The translations under genes were made by a program, and so were the position numbers. Positions 19,177 through 27,782 of a stretch of 64,000 bases of DNA are shown here, piece by piece. Location of the stretch: positions 43,562 to 107,561 of the forward strand of contig DAOSWV010000004.1 of assembly GCA_035380125.1 (NCBI GenBank), written 5' to 3'. The notes beneath the pieces are model-generated. The model did no database searches. It was not told where the DNA came from and saw nothing but the letters and a program-made list of their open reading frames with translations. The DNA comes from Oscillospiraceae bacterium (GTDB taxonomy: Bacteria > Bacillota > Clostridia > Oscillospirales > JAKOTC01). How positions within the stretch are numbered: the stretch's first letter is position 1; every line of letters starts with the position of its first letter.

Positions 19177-20517
19177 ATGGCAAATAACACGGAGGCAAAA
19201 CAACAGACAAAACAGATTCTGTTCTCGCTGTTTGACGAGGGCAGCGTTATGGAGATCGGAGATCTGGCGGCCAGCGGCGAAAGCGGCGTGCTGGCGGCAT
19301 GGGGAACCGCAGACGGCAATCCCGTGTTTGCGTTCGCGCAGGACAGCGGAACAATCGGCGGCGCGTTCGGAACGGCGGCCTCGGAAAAGATCGGAAAGAT
19401 TTATGAGCTTGCAGCCCAAAACGGCGCTCCTGTTGTCGGGATTTTTGACAGCAACGGCGTGCGGATGGCTGAGGGCGGCGAAGTGATGTCGGCACTCGGT
19501 AAATTTATGAACAGCGCCAATACCCTTTCGGGCGTAGTACCGCAGATCGCGGTCGTGACCGGTACCTGCGGCGGTTCAATGGCGATGATCGCCGAATGTG
19601 CCGATGCAGTGATTCTGTGTGAAGACGCGCAGCTGTTTTTGACGCCGGACGACATCATCAAAGCGGCACAGCCCGGTTATAAGCCCGCTAAGAGCAGTGT
19701 GACAGCGGCAAAGAACGGAACGGCGGCGTTGGTCACGAAAGACGCAGCTTCGGCAGTTGAGGCGGCGAAAAAGCTGCTCTCATATCTCCCGTCCAACAAT
19801 CTCGACGTGCCCCCGGTGTTTGATTTTACCGAACCCGCCGAAGGTATTGCCGATTCAGACAGTTTTTATGAGCTCTACGCCGAATACGGCACAACCGCGA
19901 AAGTCGGCTTTGCCACCGTCGGCGGACAAAGCGTGGGCCTGGTTTCCACCGCAAAGGACGAAAAGGGCTATATCCGCAGCTGCGCCGCTAAAAAGATCGC
20001 CCGTTTTGTGCGGTTGTGCGACGCCTATTCGATCCCGGTTGTTACGCTGGTTGATACCGACGGTTTTGCGCCGGACGGCGACGGCGAGGCAAAAGGTGCG
20101 ATTATGACCGCCGCCGCGTTGTCTCAGGCGTATGCAGAGGCGACTTGCCCCAAGATCTCGGTTATAACCGGGAAAGCCATCGGTCCTGTTTATATTGCGA
20201 CCTGCGGCAAATCCGCAAATGCAGACGCTGTATTTGCGTATGAAAATGCAATTATCAGTCCGGTCAACCCCGATGCGGCGTTGATTATCAACGAACCGCA
20301 GCTGCTGGATAACTGCAAGAGCGAGGCGGAGCGCAAAGCGGTTTATGCCGCCTATGCCGCAGACAAACTCGGTGCAAAAGCAGCAGCTTCTGCCGGTTTG
20401 GTAGATGCCATCGTGACGTCCGCCACGATTCGTGCACAGGTGCTTTCGGCGCTGTCAATGCTCTCGGGCAAACGGGTCAGCCGCATGCCCAAAAAGCATG
20501 CCACCAATCTGTTGTAA
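19177..20517 (+). CDS. acyl-CoA carboxyltransferase subunit (transcarboxylase 12S / methylmalonyl-CoA decarboxylase alpha-like)
   Basis: The start is taken at MANNTE (ATG 19177), with GGAGGA 10 nt upstream. The crotonase-like carboxyltransferase pattern is present (GGAFGTAASEKI, GTCGGSMAM, VVTLVDTDGF). Confidence 0.75.
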   Translation: MANNTEAKQQTKQILFSLFDEGSVMEIGDLAASGESGVLAAWGTADGNPVFAFAQDSGTIGGAFGTAASEKIGKIYELAAQNGAPVVGIFDSNGVRMAEGGEVMSALGKFMNSANTLSGVVPQIAVVTGTCGGSMAMIAECADAVILCEDAQLFLTPDDIIKAAQPGYKPAKSSVTAAKNGTAALVTKDAASAVEAAKKLLSYLPSNNLDVPPVFDFTEPAEGIADSDSFYELYAEYGTTAKVGFATVGGQSVGLVSTAKDEKGYIRSCAAKKIARFVRLCDAYSIPVVTLVDTDGFAPDGDGEAKGAIMTAAALSQAYAEATCPKISVITGKAIGPVYIATCGKSANADAVFAYENAIISPVNPDAALIINEPQLLDNCKSEAERKAVYAAYAADKLGAKAAASAGLVDAIVTSATIRAQVLSALSMLSGKRVSRMPKKHATNLL

Positions 20518-20571
20518 AATCGGGCAATCCGATCTATATAGATAATGATTAATGAATTAAGGAGAAAAGAT

Positions 20572-20937
20572 ATGAAAAACCTGAAGATCACCGTCAATGG
20601 CAAAACCTATGACGTTGCCGTCGAAGAAGTCGGCTCAACCGCGGCAGCCGCACCGACACCCGCACCGACACCCGCAGCCGCACCTGCACCGGCACCTGCC
20701 GCAGCACCCGCTGCCGCCGCAGATGGTAACCCCGTCAAAGCCCCGATGCCCGGCACCATCATCAATGTGTTCGCAAAGCAGGGTGATACCGTGGAAAAGG
20801 GTCAGGTTCTGTTGATTCTCGAGGCCATGAAAATGGAAAACGAGATTCAGGCGGCCGAAGCGGGCACCGTCACCGGCGTCAATGTAAAAAAAGGCGACAC
20901 GGTCAACGCAGACGACGTCCTGCTTACCATCGCGTAA
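20572..20937 (+). CDS. biotin carboxyl carrier protein (1.3S-like) with an Ala/Pro linker
   Basis: The start is taken at MKNLKI (AAGGAG RBS). The biotinylation motif EAMKMENEI and a [21 protein letters not shown] linker are present. Confidence 0.85.
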   Translation: MKNLKITVNGKTYDVAVEEVGSTAAAAPTPAPTPAAAPAPAPAAAPAAAADGNPVKAPMPGTIINVFAKQGDTVEKGQVLLILEAMKMENEIQAAEAGTVTGVNVKKGDTVNADDVLLTIA

Positions 20938-20940
20938 GCA

Positions 20941-20964
20941 GTTCGAAAAATAAATTTTTCGAAC
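20941..20964 (+). other. perfect AT-rich hairpin in the BCCP-5S spacer
   Basis: GTTCGAAAAA-taaa-TTTTTCGAAC with no downstream T-run. Its function is unknown. Confidence 0.4.
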
Positions 20965-21036
20965 CGGGAGTTTGTTCCTTTCGGCTTTTCCGAATCGGCT
21001 CAAACATCTCTCAATCTGTAAAGGAATGGTTATAAT

Positions 21037-22437
21037 ATGGCAAAAAAGATTCTGATTACCGACCTGACGCTGCGTGATGCCCATCAGTCGCTGTTGGCGA
21101 CCCGCATGAGCACCGAGCAGATGCTTCCGGTCATGGAACTGATGGATAAAATCGGCTTTCATTCGATGGAAGTCTGGGGCGGTGCGACATTCGACGCCTG
21201 CCTGCGTTTTTTGAACGAAGATCCGTGGGATCGTCTGCGCACCATGCGCAAAAAAATGCCCAATACCAAGCTGCAGATGCTCTTCCGCGGGCAGAATATG
21301 CTGGGATATCGCCATTATGCTGACGACGTGGTCGAATATTTCGTCCAGAAGTGCGTTTCCAACGGTATTGATATCATCCGCATCTTTGACGCGCTTAACG
21401 ACATCCGCAATCTGAAGTGCTCCATCGCCGCAGCCAAGAAGGAAAAAGCCCATGTTCAGGGTGCAATCTCTTATACGACCGGCGAGGTCTTCACAATTGA
21501 CTATTACGTTAAATACGCCAAACAGCTCGAGGACGAAGGCGTGGATTCTATTTGTGTCAAAGATATGGCGGGTCTGTTGACCCCGTTCTTTACCTATGAT
21601 CTGGTCAAGGCGCTCAAAGAAAACGTCAAAGTCCCGATCCAGCTGCACTCACATTATACGGCGGGTCTCGCGTCCATGTCTCTGCTCAAGGGCATTGAAG
21701 CTGGCGCCGATATCATCGACACGGTCATGTCCCCGCTGGCACTCGGCACCTCCCATGCGCCGACTGAGAGTATGGTCGCCGCACTCAAGGGAACACAGTA
21801 TGACACCGGAATCGACCTGGTCAAGCTGAACCCGATCAAGGATTATTTCGCCGAACTGCGCGCTGAATACATCAAGAGCGGCATGATCAACCAGAGAATG
21901 CTCGGTGTTGATGCCAACACCCTGCTGTATCAGGTTCCGGGCGGTATGCTTTCGAACCTCGTTAAACAATTGGCAGACGCCAAAAAGTCTGATAAACTCG
22001 ACGATGTGCTCAATGAGGTCCCGCGTGTGCGCGCCGACGCCGGTTATCCGCCGCTGGTTACGCCTTCATCCCAGATCGTCGGTACCCAAGCGGTATATAA
22101 CATCATCATGGGCGAGCGGTATAAGACCGTCACCAAGGAATTTAAAGCGCTGATCAAAGGTGAGTACGGAAAGACCCCGATGCCCATCTCTCCGGAATTC
22201 TCCAAGAAGATTCTCGGCGACGAAGAGCCTATCACTTGCCGCCCCGCCGATCTGCTTAAGCCCGAGCTGGATACCATGCGCGAAAAAGCGGCAAAATGGG
22301 CCATTCAGGACGAGGATGTGCTGACTTACGCCCAGTTCGACCAGGTTGCGATTAAGTTCTTCGAACAGCGCCGCAACAGGATGCACGGCGTCGACAGCGA
22401 GCATTTCGACCCGGCCAATAAAACCCATATCGTTTAA
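21037..22437 (+). CDS. pyruvate/oxaloacetate carboxyltransferase subunit (transcarboxylase 5S / OadA-like, lacking its own biotinyl domain)
   Basis: 466 aa with ITDLTLRDAHQS, a HMGL-like TIM barrel, and HSHYTAGLA. Confidence 0.85.
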   Translation: MAKKILITDLTLRDAHQSLLATRMSTEQMLPVMELMDKIGFHSMEVWGGATFDACLRFLNEDPWDRLRTMRKKMPNTKLQMLFRGQNMLGYRHYADDVVEYFVQKCVSNGIDIIRIFDALNDIRNLKCSIAAAKKEKAHVQGAISYTTGEVFTIDYYVKYAKQLEDEGVDSICVKDMAGLLTPFFTYDLVKALKENVKVPIQLHSHYTAGLASMSLLKGIEAGADIIDTVMSPLALGTSHAPTESMVAALKGTQYDTGIDLVKLNPIKDYFAELRAEYIKSGMINQRMLGVDANTLLYQVPGGMLSNLVKQLADAKKSDKLDDVLNEVPRVRADAGYPPLVTPSSQIVGTQAVYNIIMGERYKTVTKEFKALIKGEYGKTPMPISPEFSKKILGDEEPITCRPADLLKPELDTMREKAAKWAIQDEDVLTYAQFDQVAIKFFEQRRNRMHGVDSEHFDPANKTHIV

Positions 22438-22476
22438 TTAGTCCCTGCTGAATAAACCGAGAGGAGTGTCGATCCG

Positions 22477-22737
22477 GTGAAACTGATAAACGTCGGATTC
22501 GGAAATCTTGTGGTCGCCGAGCGCATCGTATCGATCGCCGGATTCGACACACAACCGGTCAAACGTCTGGCACAGGACGCCAAGGCGGAGGGTCGGCTGG
22601 TCGATACGACCTATGGGCGCAAGACCAAGGCGATCATCCTCACCGACAGCGGCTATGTGATCGCCTCGGCACTCCAGCCGGAGACCATCGCAGGCCGTAT
22701 TGCCGACACGGATAATCATAAGGAGGACGAGAAATGA
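22477..22737 (+). CDS. remA: RemA/DUF370 family regulator (GTG start)
   Basis: 86 aa with LINVGFGNLVVAERIVSI...GRKTKAIILTDSGYVIASALQPETIA. It sits immediately upstream of gmk, the usual arrangement in Firmicutes. Confidence 0.8.
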   Translation: MKLINVGFGNLVVAERIVSIAGFDTQPVKRLAQDAKAEGRLVDTTYGRKTKAIILTDSGYVIASALQPETIAGRIADTDNHKEDEK

Positions 22738-23357
22738 GCAAAGGGCTTATCCTCGTCCTCTCCGGTCCTGCCGGCAGCGGCAAAGATACCATGCTGGAAC
22801 GGTATTTCAAGTTCGGCACTGCAAAAAAGACCATATCGGCCACCACGCGTCCGATCAGAGCCTGCGAAAAAGACGGCATAGACTATTACTTTTTTACGCG
22901 CGAACGATTTGAAAAAGCGATTAAAGACGGCGAACTGCTTGAATATACCGAATATGCGGGCAATTACTACGGAACACTTTACAGCGAGATCAATCGCATC
23001 ACCGCCGCAGGAGACGACGTGATTTTAAAAATTGAGGTCGAGGGCGGACAAAATGTGAAAAAACGGTTTCCCAACGCGGTTTTGGCCTTTACGTTTCCGC
23101 CAAGTGCGGCCATTCTTGCCGCACGGCTGAGGCGACGCGGCACCGAGGATGAACAGACCATTAAAAGACGCCTTGCCGTAGCCCAAACCGAAATAGAAAC
23201 CGCAAAAAAGATCTATGATTATTTAATCATCAATGACGACGCAGACAATGCGGCCAAGCAGTTGGCGGACATCATTTCCGCCCGGCACGCCGCGATGAAC
23301 GAAAATATCGATTTTATGAACGAGGTAAAAGACGATGTCAAAAATCATTTCATTTGA
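22734..23357 (+). CDS. gmk: guanylate kinase
   Basis: P-loop SGPAGSGKDT, TTRPIRACEKDGIDYYF, and an ATGA overlap with remA. Confidence 0.9.
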   Translation: MSKGLILVLSGPAGSGKDTMLERYFKFGTAKKTISATTRPIRACEKDGIDYYFFTRERFEKAIKDGELLEYTEYAGNYYGTLYSEINRITAAGDDVILKIEVEGGQNVKKRFPNAVLAFTFPPSAAILAARLRRRGTEDEQTIKRRLAVAQTEIETAKKIYDYLIINDDADNAAKQLADIISARHAAMNENIDFMNEVKDDVKNHFI

Positions 23358-23580
23358 TCCGGAAAAATACTCAAAGAGCCGTTATTCTACGGTGATCGGC
23401 GTCGCAAAGCGCGCCCGTGAGATCGCCGAACAGGCGGCGGAGGAGAAAGAGATTCTGACCGAAAAACCGGTCAAAACAGCGATGACAGAACTCATCGAGG
23501 GCAGATTTAAAATCGTCACGGTCAACAGAGAGAAAAACGAGACCTCAGACGACGATTACACGGAAATATCCTTCCATTAA
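23335..23580 (+). CDS. rpoZ: DNA-directed RNA polymerase subunit omega
   Basis: 81 aa with SRYSTVIGVAKRAREI. It occupies the conserved position after gmk. Confidence 0.8.
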   Translation: MSKIISFDPEKYSKSRYSTVIGVAKRAREIAEQAAEEKEILTEKPVKTAMTELIEGRFKIVTVNREKNETSDDDYTEISFH

Positions 23581-23592
23581 GGAGATGTAACT

Positions 23593-25992
23593 GTGCCGTC
23601 GATTGCAAAAGTCGCGGTTGCGGGGCTGCTTTATAGTTACGACCGGGTCTTTGACTATTTGCTGCCGCCGGAATTTTCGTCTGTTAAACCGGGATGCAGG
23701 GTGAAGGTCGGATTCGGGAAGGGCAATGCCGAAAAGGCGGCGATGATCCTTGAAATCGTCTCCGAAAACGAAGCAAAGGAACTCAAACCCGTCAAGGCGC
23801 TAATCGACCCGAAACCGGTTTTGACAGGGGAACAGTTGGAACTTGCCGTCCGGGTGGCGGAGCGTACATTTTGTCCGATTTACGACGCGATCAAGCTGAT
23901 GCTGCCGTCGGGCCTCGGATTTCTCGACAAAATTACATATCAAAAGACGACAGACCGGGATCCGCAGTCCTTCGACGAACCGCAGAGGTCTGTTTTGTTA
24001 TATCTGGGTGATAAACCCGTCAGCGCTCAAAAGCTGAAAAAAGAGACCGGTGTCGGTTCTGAGATATTGGAGATCATGGTACGCGAAGGACTGCTTGAAA
24101 GCAGCGTAAAGACGGCGCGTAAAGTCGGGGACAAGACAGTAAAACTGTTATCACTCGGACCGGAGAAACCCAAACGACAGTCCCCCAAGCAAGCGGCGGT
24201 TTTGAAATATCTCGAAGAGAATGGGGAAAGCGCTGCAAAGCAGGTCAGCTATTACACCGGCGCTTCCAACGCCACGATCAATACGCTGATCAGTAAAAAC
24301 GCTGTTATTGCCAACGAGCAGTTATGCTATCGGGAATCCTATGAATCCGCCGAACGGATTGACCCGGACTCTCTTATCCTGAACAAAGACCAACAGGCGG
24401 CATATGAGACCCTTTCGGCGCTTGCTCCCGGCTCAAACGCACTGTTATTCGGCGTGACCGGCAGCGGCAAGACGATGGTCATTTTGAAGCTGGTGCAAAA
24501 AACACTTTCCGAGGGCAGATCGGCGCTGCTGATGGTGCCCGAGATTTTATTGACGCCGCAGTTTACAAAATTATTTACCGGCTGCTTCGGAAAACGGGTG
24601 GCGGTGCTGCACAGCGGTCTTTCCGAGGGGGTTCGGCTCGACGAATACCGCCGCATCAAAAACGGCGATGCAGATCTCGTGATTGGAACCCGCTCCGCGA
24701 TTTTTGCACCGCTCGAAAACATCGGTTTAATCTCGATGGATGAGGAGCAGGAGAGCGCCTATAAATCAGAGAGCAGCCCGCGTTATGATGCCGGAGAGGT
24801 CGCCGCAATGCGTGCAAAAACCCACGGTGCCTTGTTTTTACGGTCTTCGGCAACGCCCTCAATCCGCACTTGGCATGCAGCGCAAAACGGGAAAATCGCA
24901 TTGGTCAAACTCGGCGCAAGATATGCGGGCGCAAGATTGCCGTCGGTGAAACTCATTGACATGCGGGACGAGTCTCCGGTAGCGCCGGGCGGTGTTTTGG
25001 GAGAAACATTGCTGAACGCGTTGAAAAATACGCGTGACAATGGACGGCAATCGGTGTTATTATTAAACCGGCGGGGTCATGATACCATCGTGATCTGTTA
25101 CGACTGCGGTGAGGTAATCAAGTGTCCGCACTGCAGTGTCGCCCTGAATTACCACATCGCCAACGGGCGTCTGATGTGCCACGTCTGCGGCTACAGCACC
25201 GCGGAGATGCGCTGTTCAAAATGCGATGGCAAACGGATGCGGTTCTTGGGCAGTGGCATTCAGAAAGTCGAGACCGAACTGGCACAGCTTCTCCCCGAGG
25301 CCTCGGTGCTGCGCATGGACACCGACACCACTGTGACACGGGACGCCCACGATAAGTTGTTTACCAACTTTAAAAACGGGGAATATGACATTCTGATCGG
25401 CACACAGATGGTGGCCAAGGGCATTGACTTCGAAAACGTGACGCTGGTCGGGGTATTGAATGCCGAGCAGGGGCTTTTCTCGGGCGATTACAAAGGCGCG
25501 GAACGGACTTTTTCACTGCTGACGCAGGTTGTCGGGCGTTGCGGAAGGGGAAAGTACAGCGGTGAGGCGATCATCCAGACCTACCTGCCTGAAAATCGGA
25601 TTTTCGAATATGCCCGCAATCAGGACTATGAGGCTTTTTATAACGACGAAATCGAACTTCGCCGCCAGCTGCTTCATCCGCCGTTTTGCGATATCTGCCT
25701 GATCGGTGTGAGCGGAGAAAACGAAAAAGAAACCGCCAAGGCCGCCGATGAATTCTTGGAATTGGTCAAGGAAAAGACTGTCGGAACCGAGTTTCCGGTG
25801 CGTGCATACGGTCCGGCACCCGCACAGACGGCACGCGCGGCCAATCGATATCGCTATCGCCTGACTTTGAAGTGCCGGAATACAAAGGGTTTTCGGGATT
25901 TAATCGGGCAGGCGCTCAAAGATTTTTCAAACGCGCATAAGCGCGACAATATCACCGCGTTTGCGGATATGAATCCCGAGCAGTATTATTAA
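23593..25992 (+). CDS. priA: primosomal replication protein N' (PriA helicase), GTG start
   Basis: 799 aa with Walker A GVTGSGKT, a DEEQ box, and the Cys-rich zinc region CPHCSVAL...CHVCG...CSKC. Confidence 0.9.
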   Translation: MPSIAKVAVAGLLYSYDRVFDYLLPPEFSSVKPGCRVKVGFGKGNAEKAAMILEIVSENEAKELKPVKALIDPKPVLTGEQLELAVRVAERTFCPIYDAIKLMLPSGLGFLDKITYQKTTDRDPQSFDEPQRSVLLYLGDKPVSAQKLKKETGVGSEILEIMVREGLLESSVKTARKVGDKTVKLLSLGPEKPKRQSPKQAAVLKYLEENGESAAKQVSYYTGASNATINTLISKNAVIANEQLCYRESYESAERIDPDSLILNKDQQAAYETLSALAPGSNALLFGVTGSGKTMVILKLVQKTLSEGRSALLMVPEILLTPQFTKLFTGCFGKRVAVLHSGLSEGVRLDEYRRIKNGDADLVIGTRSAIFAPLENIGLISMDEEQESAYKSESSPRYDAGEVAAMRAKTHGALFLRSSATPSIRTWHAAQNGKIALVKLGARYAGARLPSVKLIDMRDESPVAPGGVLGETLLNALKNTRDNGRQSVLLLNRRGHDTIVICYDCGEVIKCPHCSVALNYHIANGRLMCHVCGYSTAEMRCSKCDGKRMRFLGSGIQKVETELAQLLPEASVLRMDTDTTVTRDAHDKLFTNFKNGEYDILIGTQMVAKGIDFENVTLVGVLNAEQGLFSGDYKGAERTFSLLTQVVGRCGRGKYSGEAIIQTYLPENRIFEYARNQDYEAFYNDEIELRRQLLHPPFCDICLIGVSGENEKETAKAADEFLELVKEKTVGTEFPVRAYGPAPAQTARAANRYRYRLTLKCRNTKGFRDLIGQALKDFSNAHKRDNITAFADMNPEQYY

Positions 25993-26021
25993 GAAAACTA
26001 ATTTCGGAATGAGGGAATAAC

Positions 26022-26483
26022 ATGGCAATCAGAAAAATCGTTATAGACGGCGACGAGATGTTGAAAAAGGTCTGCAGGCCGGTTGAGAAATTCGATGAAC
26101 GTCTTGCAACGCTGGTGGGGGACATGCGCGATACCTTGACCGCCGAAAACGGCGTCGGGCTTGCCGCTCCGCAGGTCGGCGTTTTAAAGCGTGTTTTCAT
26201 CATCAACACCGGTGAAGAGATCAAAGAGTTTATCAATCCCGAGATCATCAGCCGCGAAGGAGACCAGCGCACGGCGGAGGGGTGCCTTTCCTGCCCGGGG
26301 CTCTGGGGTGTTACTGTGCGTCCGCAGAAGATCGTCGGAAAGGCATTCGACCTTAAGGGTAATGAATTTGAGTTTACCGGTGAGGATTTGATGGCCAAAG
26401 CCTTCTGCCACGAAAACGACCATTTGAACGGCATTCTGTTTAAAGAACGCGTCGTCGAGTGGCTAGAAAATGACGTAAAATAA
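26022..26483 (+). CDS. def: peptide deformylase
   Basis: 153 aa with GVGLAAPQVG, EGCLSCPG and HENDHLNG. Confidence 0.92.
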   Translation: MAIRKIVIDGDEMLKKVCRPVEKFDERLATLVGDMRDTLTAENGVGLAAPQVGVLKRVFIINTGEEIKEFINPEIISREGDQRTAEGCLSCPGLWGVTVRPQKIVGKAFDLKGNEFEFTGEDLMAKAFCHENDHLNGILFKERVVEWLENDVK

Positions 26484-26489
26484 TGTAGG

Positions 26490-26523
26490 GGGCGATACAG
26501 GCAACGGCCTGCTGCGTTCGCCC
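26490..26523. repeat. REP-like nested hairpin (GTAGGGGGCGA...TCGCCC)
   Basis: Outer stem GGGCGA/TCGCCC enclosing inner stem CAGGC/GCCTG, directly after the def stop. Confidence 0.6.
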
Positions 26524-26527
26524 GCGT

Positions 26528-26581
26528 TGTCCCCATCGCATGGATTGTCCCCATCGCATGGATTGTCCCCATCGCATGGAT
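26528..26581. repeat. perfect 18-bp tandem repeat x3 (TGTCCCCATCGCATGGAT)
   Basis: Three identical head-to-tail copies at 26528-26545, 26546-26563 and 26564-26581. Confidence 0.95.
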
Positions 26582-26597
26582 TCCGCACGGCGGGGAC

Positions 26598-26618
26598 GGA
26601 GCGCCGAGTCGTCGCTCC
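26598..26618. repeat. REP-like hairpin GACGGAGCG-N9-CGCTCCCTA; a second copy in inverted orientation lies at 58448-58469
   Basis: Stem GGAGCG/CGCTCC. The flanks GAC...CTA are shared with the reverse complement of 58443-58473. Confidence 0.6.
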
Positions 26619-26646
26619 CTATAAATTGTTTTTAGAGGCAGATTGT

Positions 26647-27561
26647 ATGAAGATTCTATTCATGGGCACACCTGAATTCGCTGCGGTTTCGCTGGAAAAG
26701 CTGGCCGCTGAATTTGAGGTTGCAGCTGTGATTTCGCAGACGGACAAGCCGAAGGGAAGGGGTTATGAACTGCTGCCGACGCCGGTCAAAGTCACTGCGC
26801 AAAAACACGGCATTCCCGTTTATCAGCCCGCTTCCATGCGCACGCTCGAATCTGCGGAACTGGTTCGGGGATTGAAACCCGATGTGATTGTGGTCGTCGC
26901 TTACGGTAAAATTCTGCCGCTTGATATACTGAGCATTCCGCCGATGGGCTGTATCAATCTGCACGGCTCGCTGCTGCCCAAATACCGCGGCGCCGCACCG
27001 ATTGAATGGGCGGTGATCAACGGCGAGAATAAGACGGGTCTGACGACGATGTATATGGCCGAGGGTATGGATGACGGCGATATGATTGATAAAGTTGAGA
27101 CCGAAATCGGCGAAAATGAGACCGCCTTTGAACTGCGCGGGCGGTTGGCCGTGATCGGTGCGGATTTATTGGCAAAAACCCTGCACGACCTCGAAAAGGG
27201 ACCGCTTCCGAGAACACCGCAAAATCATGCAGAGGCGACCTATGCACCGATGATTAAAAAAGAACTCGGAAAGCTGGATCCTTCTAAACCCGCTCTTGAA
27301 ATTCACAATCTTGCGCGCGGTCTTTCACCGTCGCCGAGTGTTTTTTTCTCGGTGGGCGGTCGGCGGGTCAAATTGCTGAAAACCGCTTTCATCGGCGATA
27401 TGAACGGCACTGCTGGTACAGTGACAATTAAAGACGGTGCATTATATCTGTATTGCGGGACGGGCGCGGTACGATTGGACGAAATTTGCCCCGAGGGCAA
27501 AAAACCGATGACAGGCGCGGCTTATTATAACGGACATCGCTTTGTGCGTGTTGATAATTGA
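26647..27561 (+). CDS. fmt: methionyl-tRNA formyltransferase
   Basis: The start is taken at MKILFMGTPEFA (ATG 26647). HGSLLPKYRGAAPI is present. The upstream in-frame extension is only the translated tandem repeat. Confidence 0.92.
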   Translation: MKILFMGTPEFAAVSLEKLAAEFEVAAVISQTDKPKGRGYELLPTPVKVTAQKHGIPVYQPASMRTLESAELVRGLKPDVIVVVAYGKILPLDILSIPPMGCINLHGSLLPKYRGAAPIEWAVINGENKTGLTTMYMAEGMDDGDMIDKVETEIGENETAFELRGRLAVIGADLLAKTLHDLEKGPLPRTPQNHAEATYAPMIKKELGKLDPSKPALEIHNLARGLSPSPSVFFSVGGRRVKLLKTAFIGDMNGTAGTVTIKDGALYLYCGTGAVRLDEICPEGKKPMTGAAYYNGHRFVRVDN

Positions 27562-27581
27562 ATTATATAATAGAAAACGAT

Positions 27582-27613
27582 GGGCGTATATCATTTGATA
27601 TGCGCCCGCTTTT
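27582..27613 (+). terminator. intrinsic terminator after fmt
   Basis: 11-bp stem GGGCGTATATC/GATATGCGCCC followed by GCTTTT. Confidence 0.7.
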
Positions 27614-27714
27614 AACAGATGTCGTAATGTTTATTGCGTTGGCGTTTGCTGCGGTTGACCTTACTCGAGATGGAGCGGTCAATATGAATGACAAGGTAAA
27701 ATTTGATTTTTTTG

Positions 27715-27744
27715 TTGACACATACTGACAAGATGCGATATAAT
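27715..27744 (+). promoter_or_regulatory. sigma-A-type promoter of the cohesin/dockerin gene cluster
   Basis: TTGACA (27715-27720), an 18-nt spacer, then TATAAT (27739-27744). An AAGGAG RBS lies 7 nt before the ATG at 27783. Confidence 0.55.
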
Positions 27745-27782
27745 ATTCACATACGGAAAATTAGCGGGGAAGGAGAAATTGC

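Noticed and set aside
20635-21648. 337-aa minus-strand ORF
   Set aside because: It lies antisense to the BCCP and 5S-like genes. Its C-terminal [10 protein letters not shown] string is just the reverse translation of the Ala/Pro linker. It is a shadow ORF.
25952-26572. 206-aa minus-strand ORF spanning def
   Set aside because: It lies antisense to the well-supported def gene. Its N-terminus MGTIHAMGTIHAMGT is the tandem repeat read backwards.
26527-26646. In-frame N-terminal extension of fmt (MSPSHGLSPSHGLSPSHG...) given by the ORF track
   Set aside because: It is simply the translation of the 3 x 18-bp tandem repeat and REP-like hairpins. The canonical Fmt N-terminus MKILFMGTPEFA starts at the ATG at 26647.
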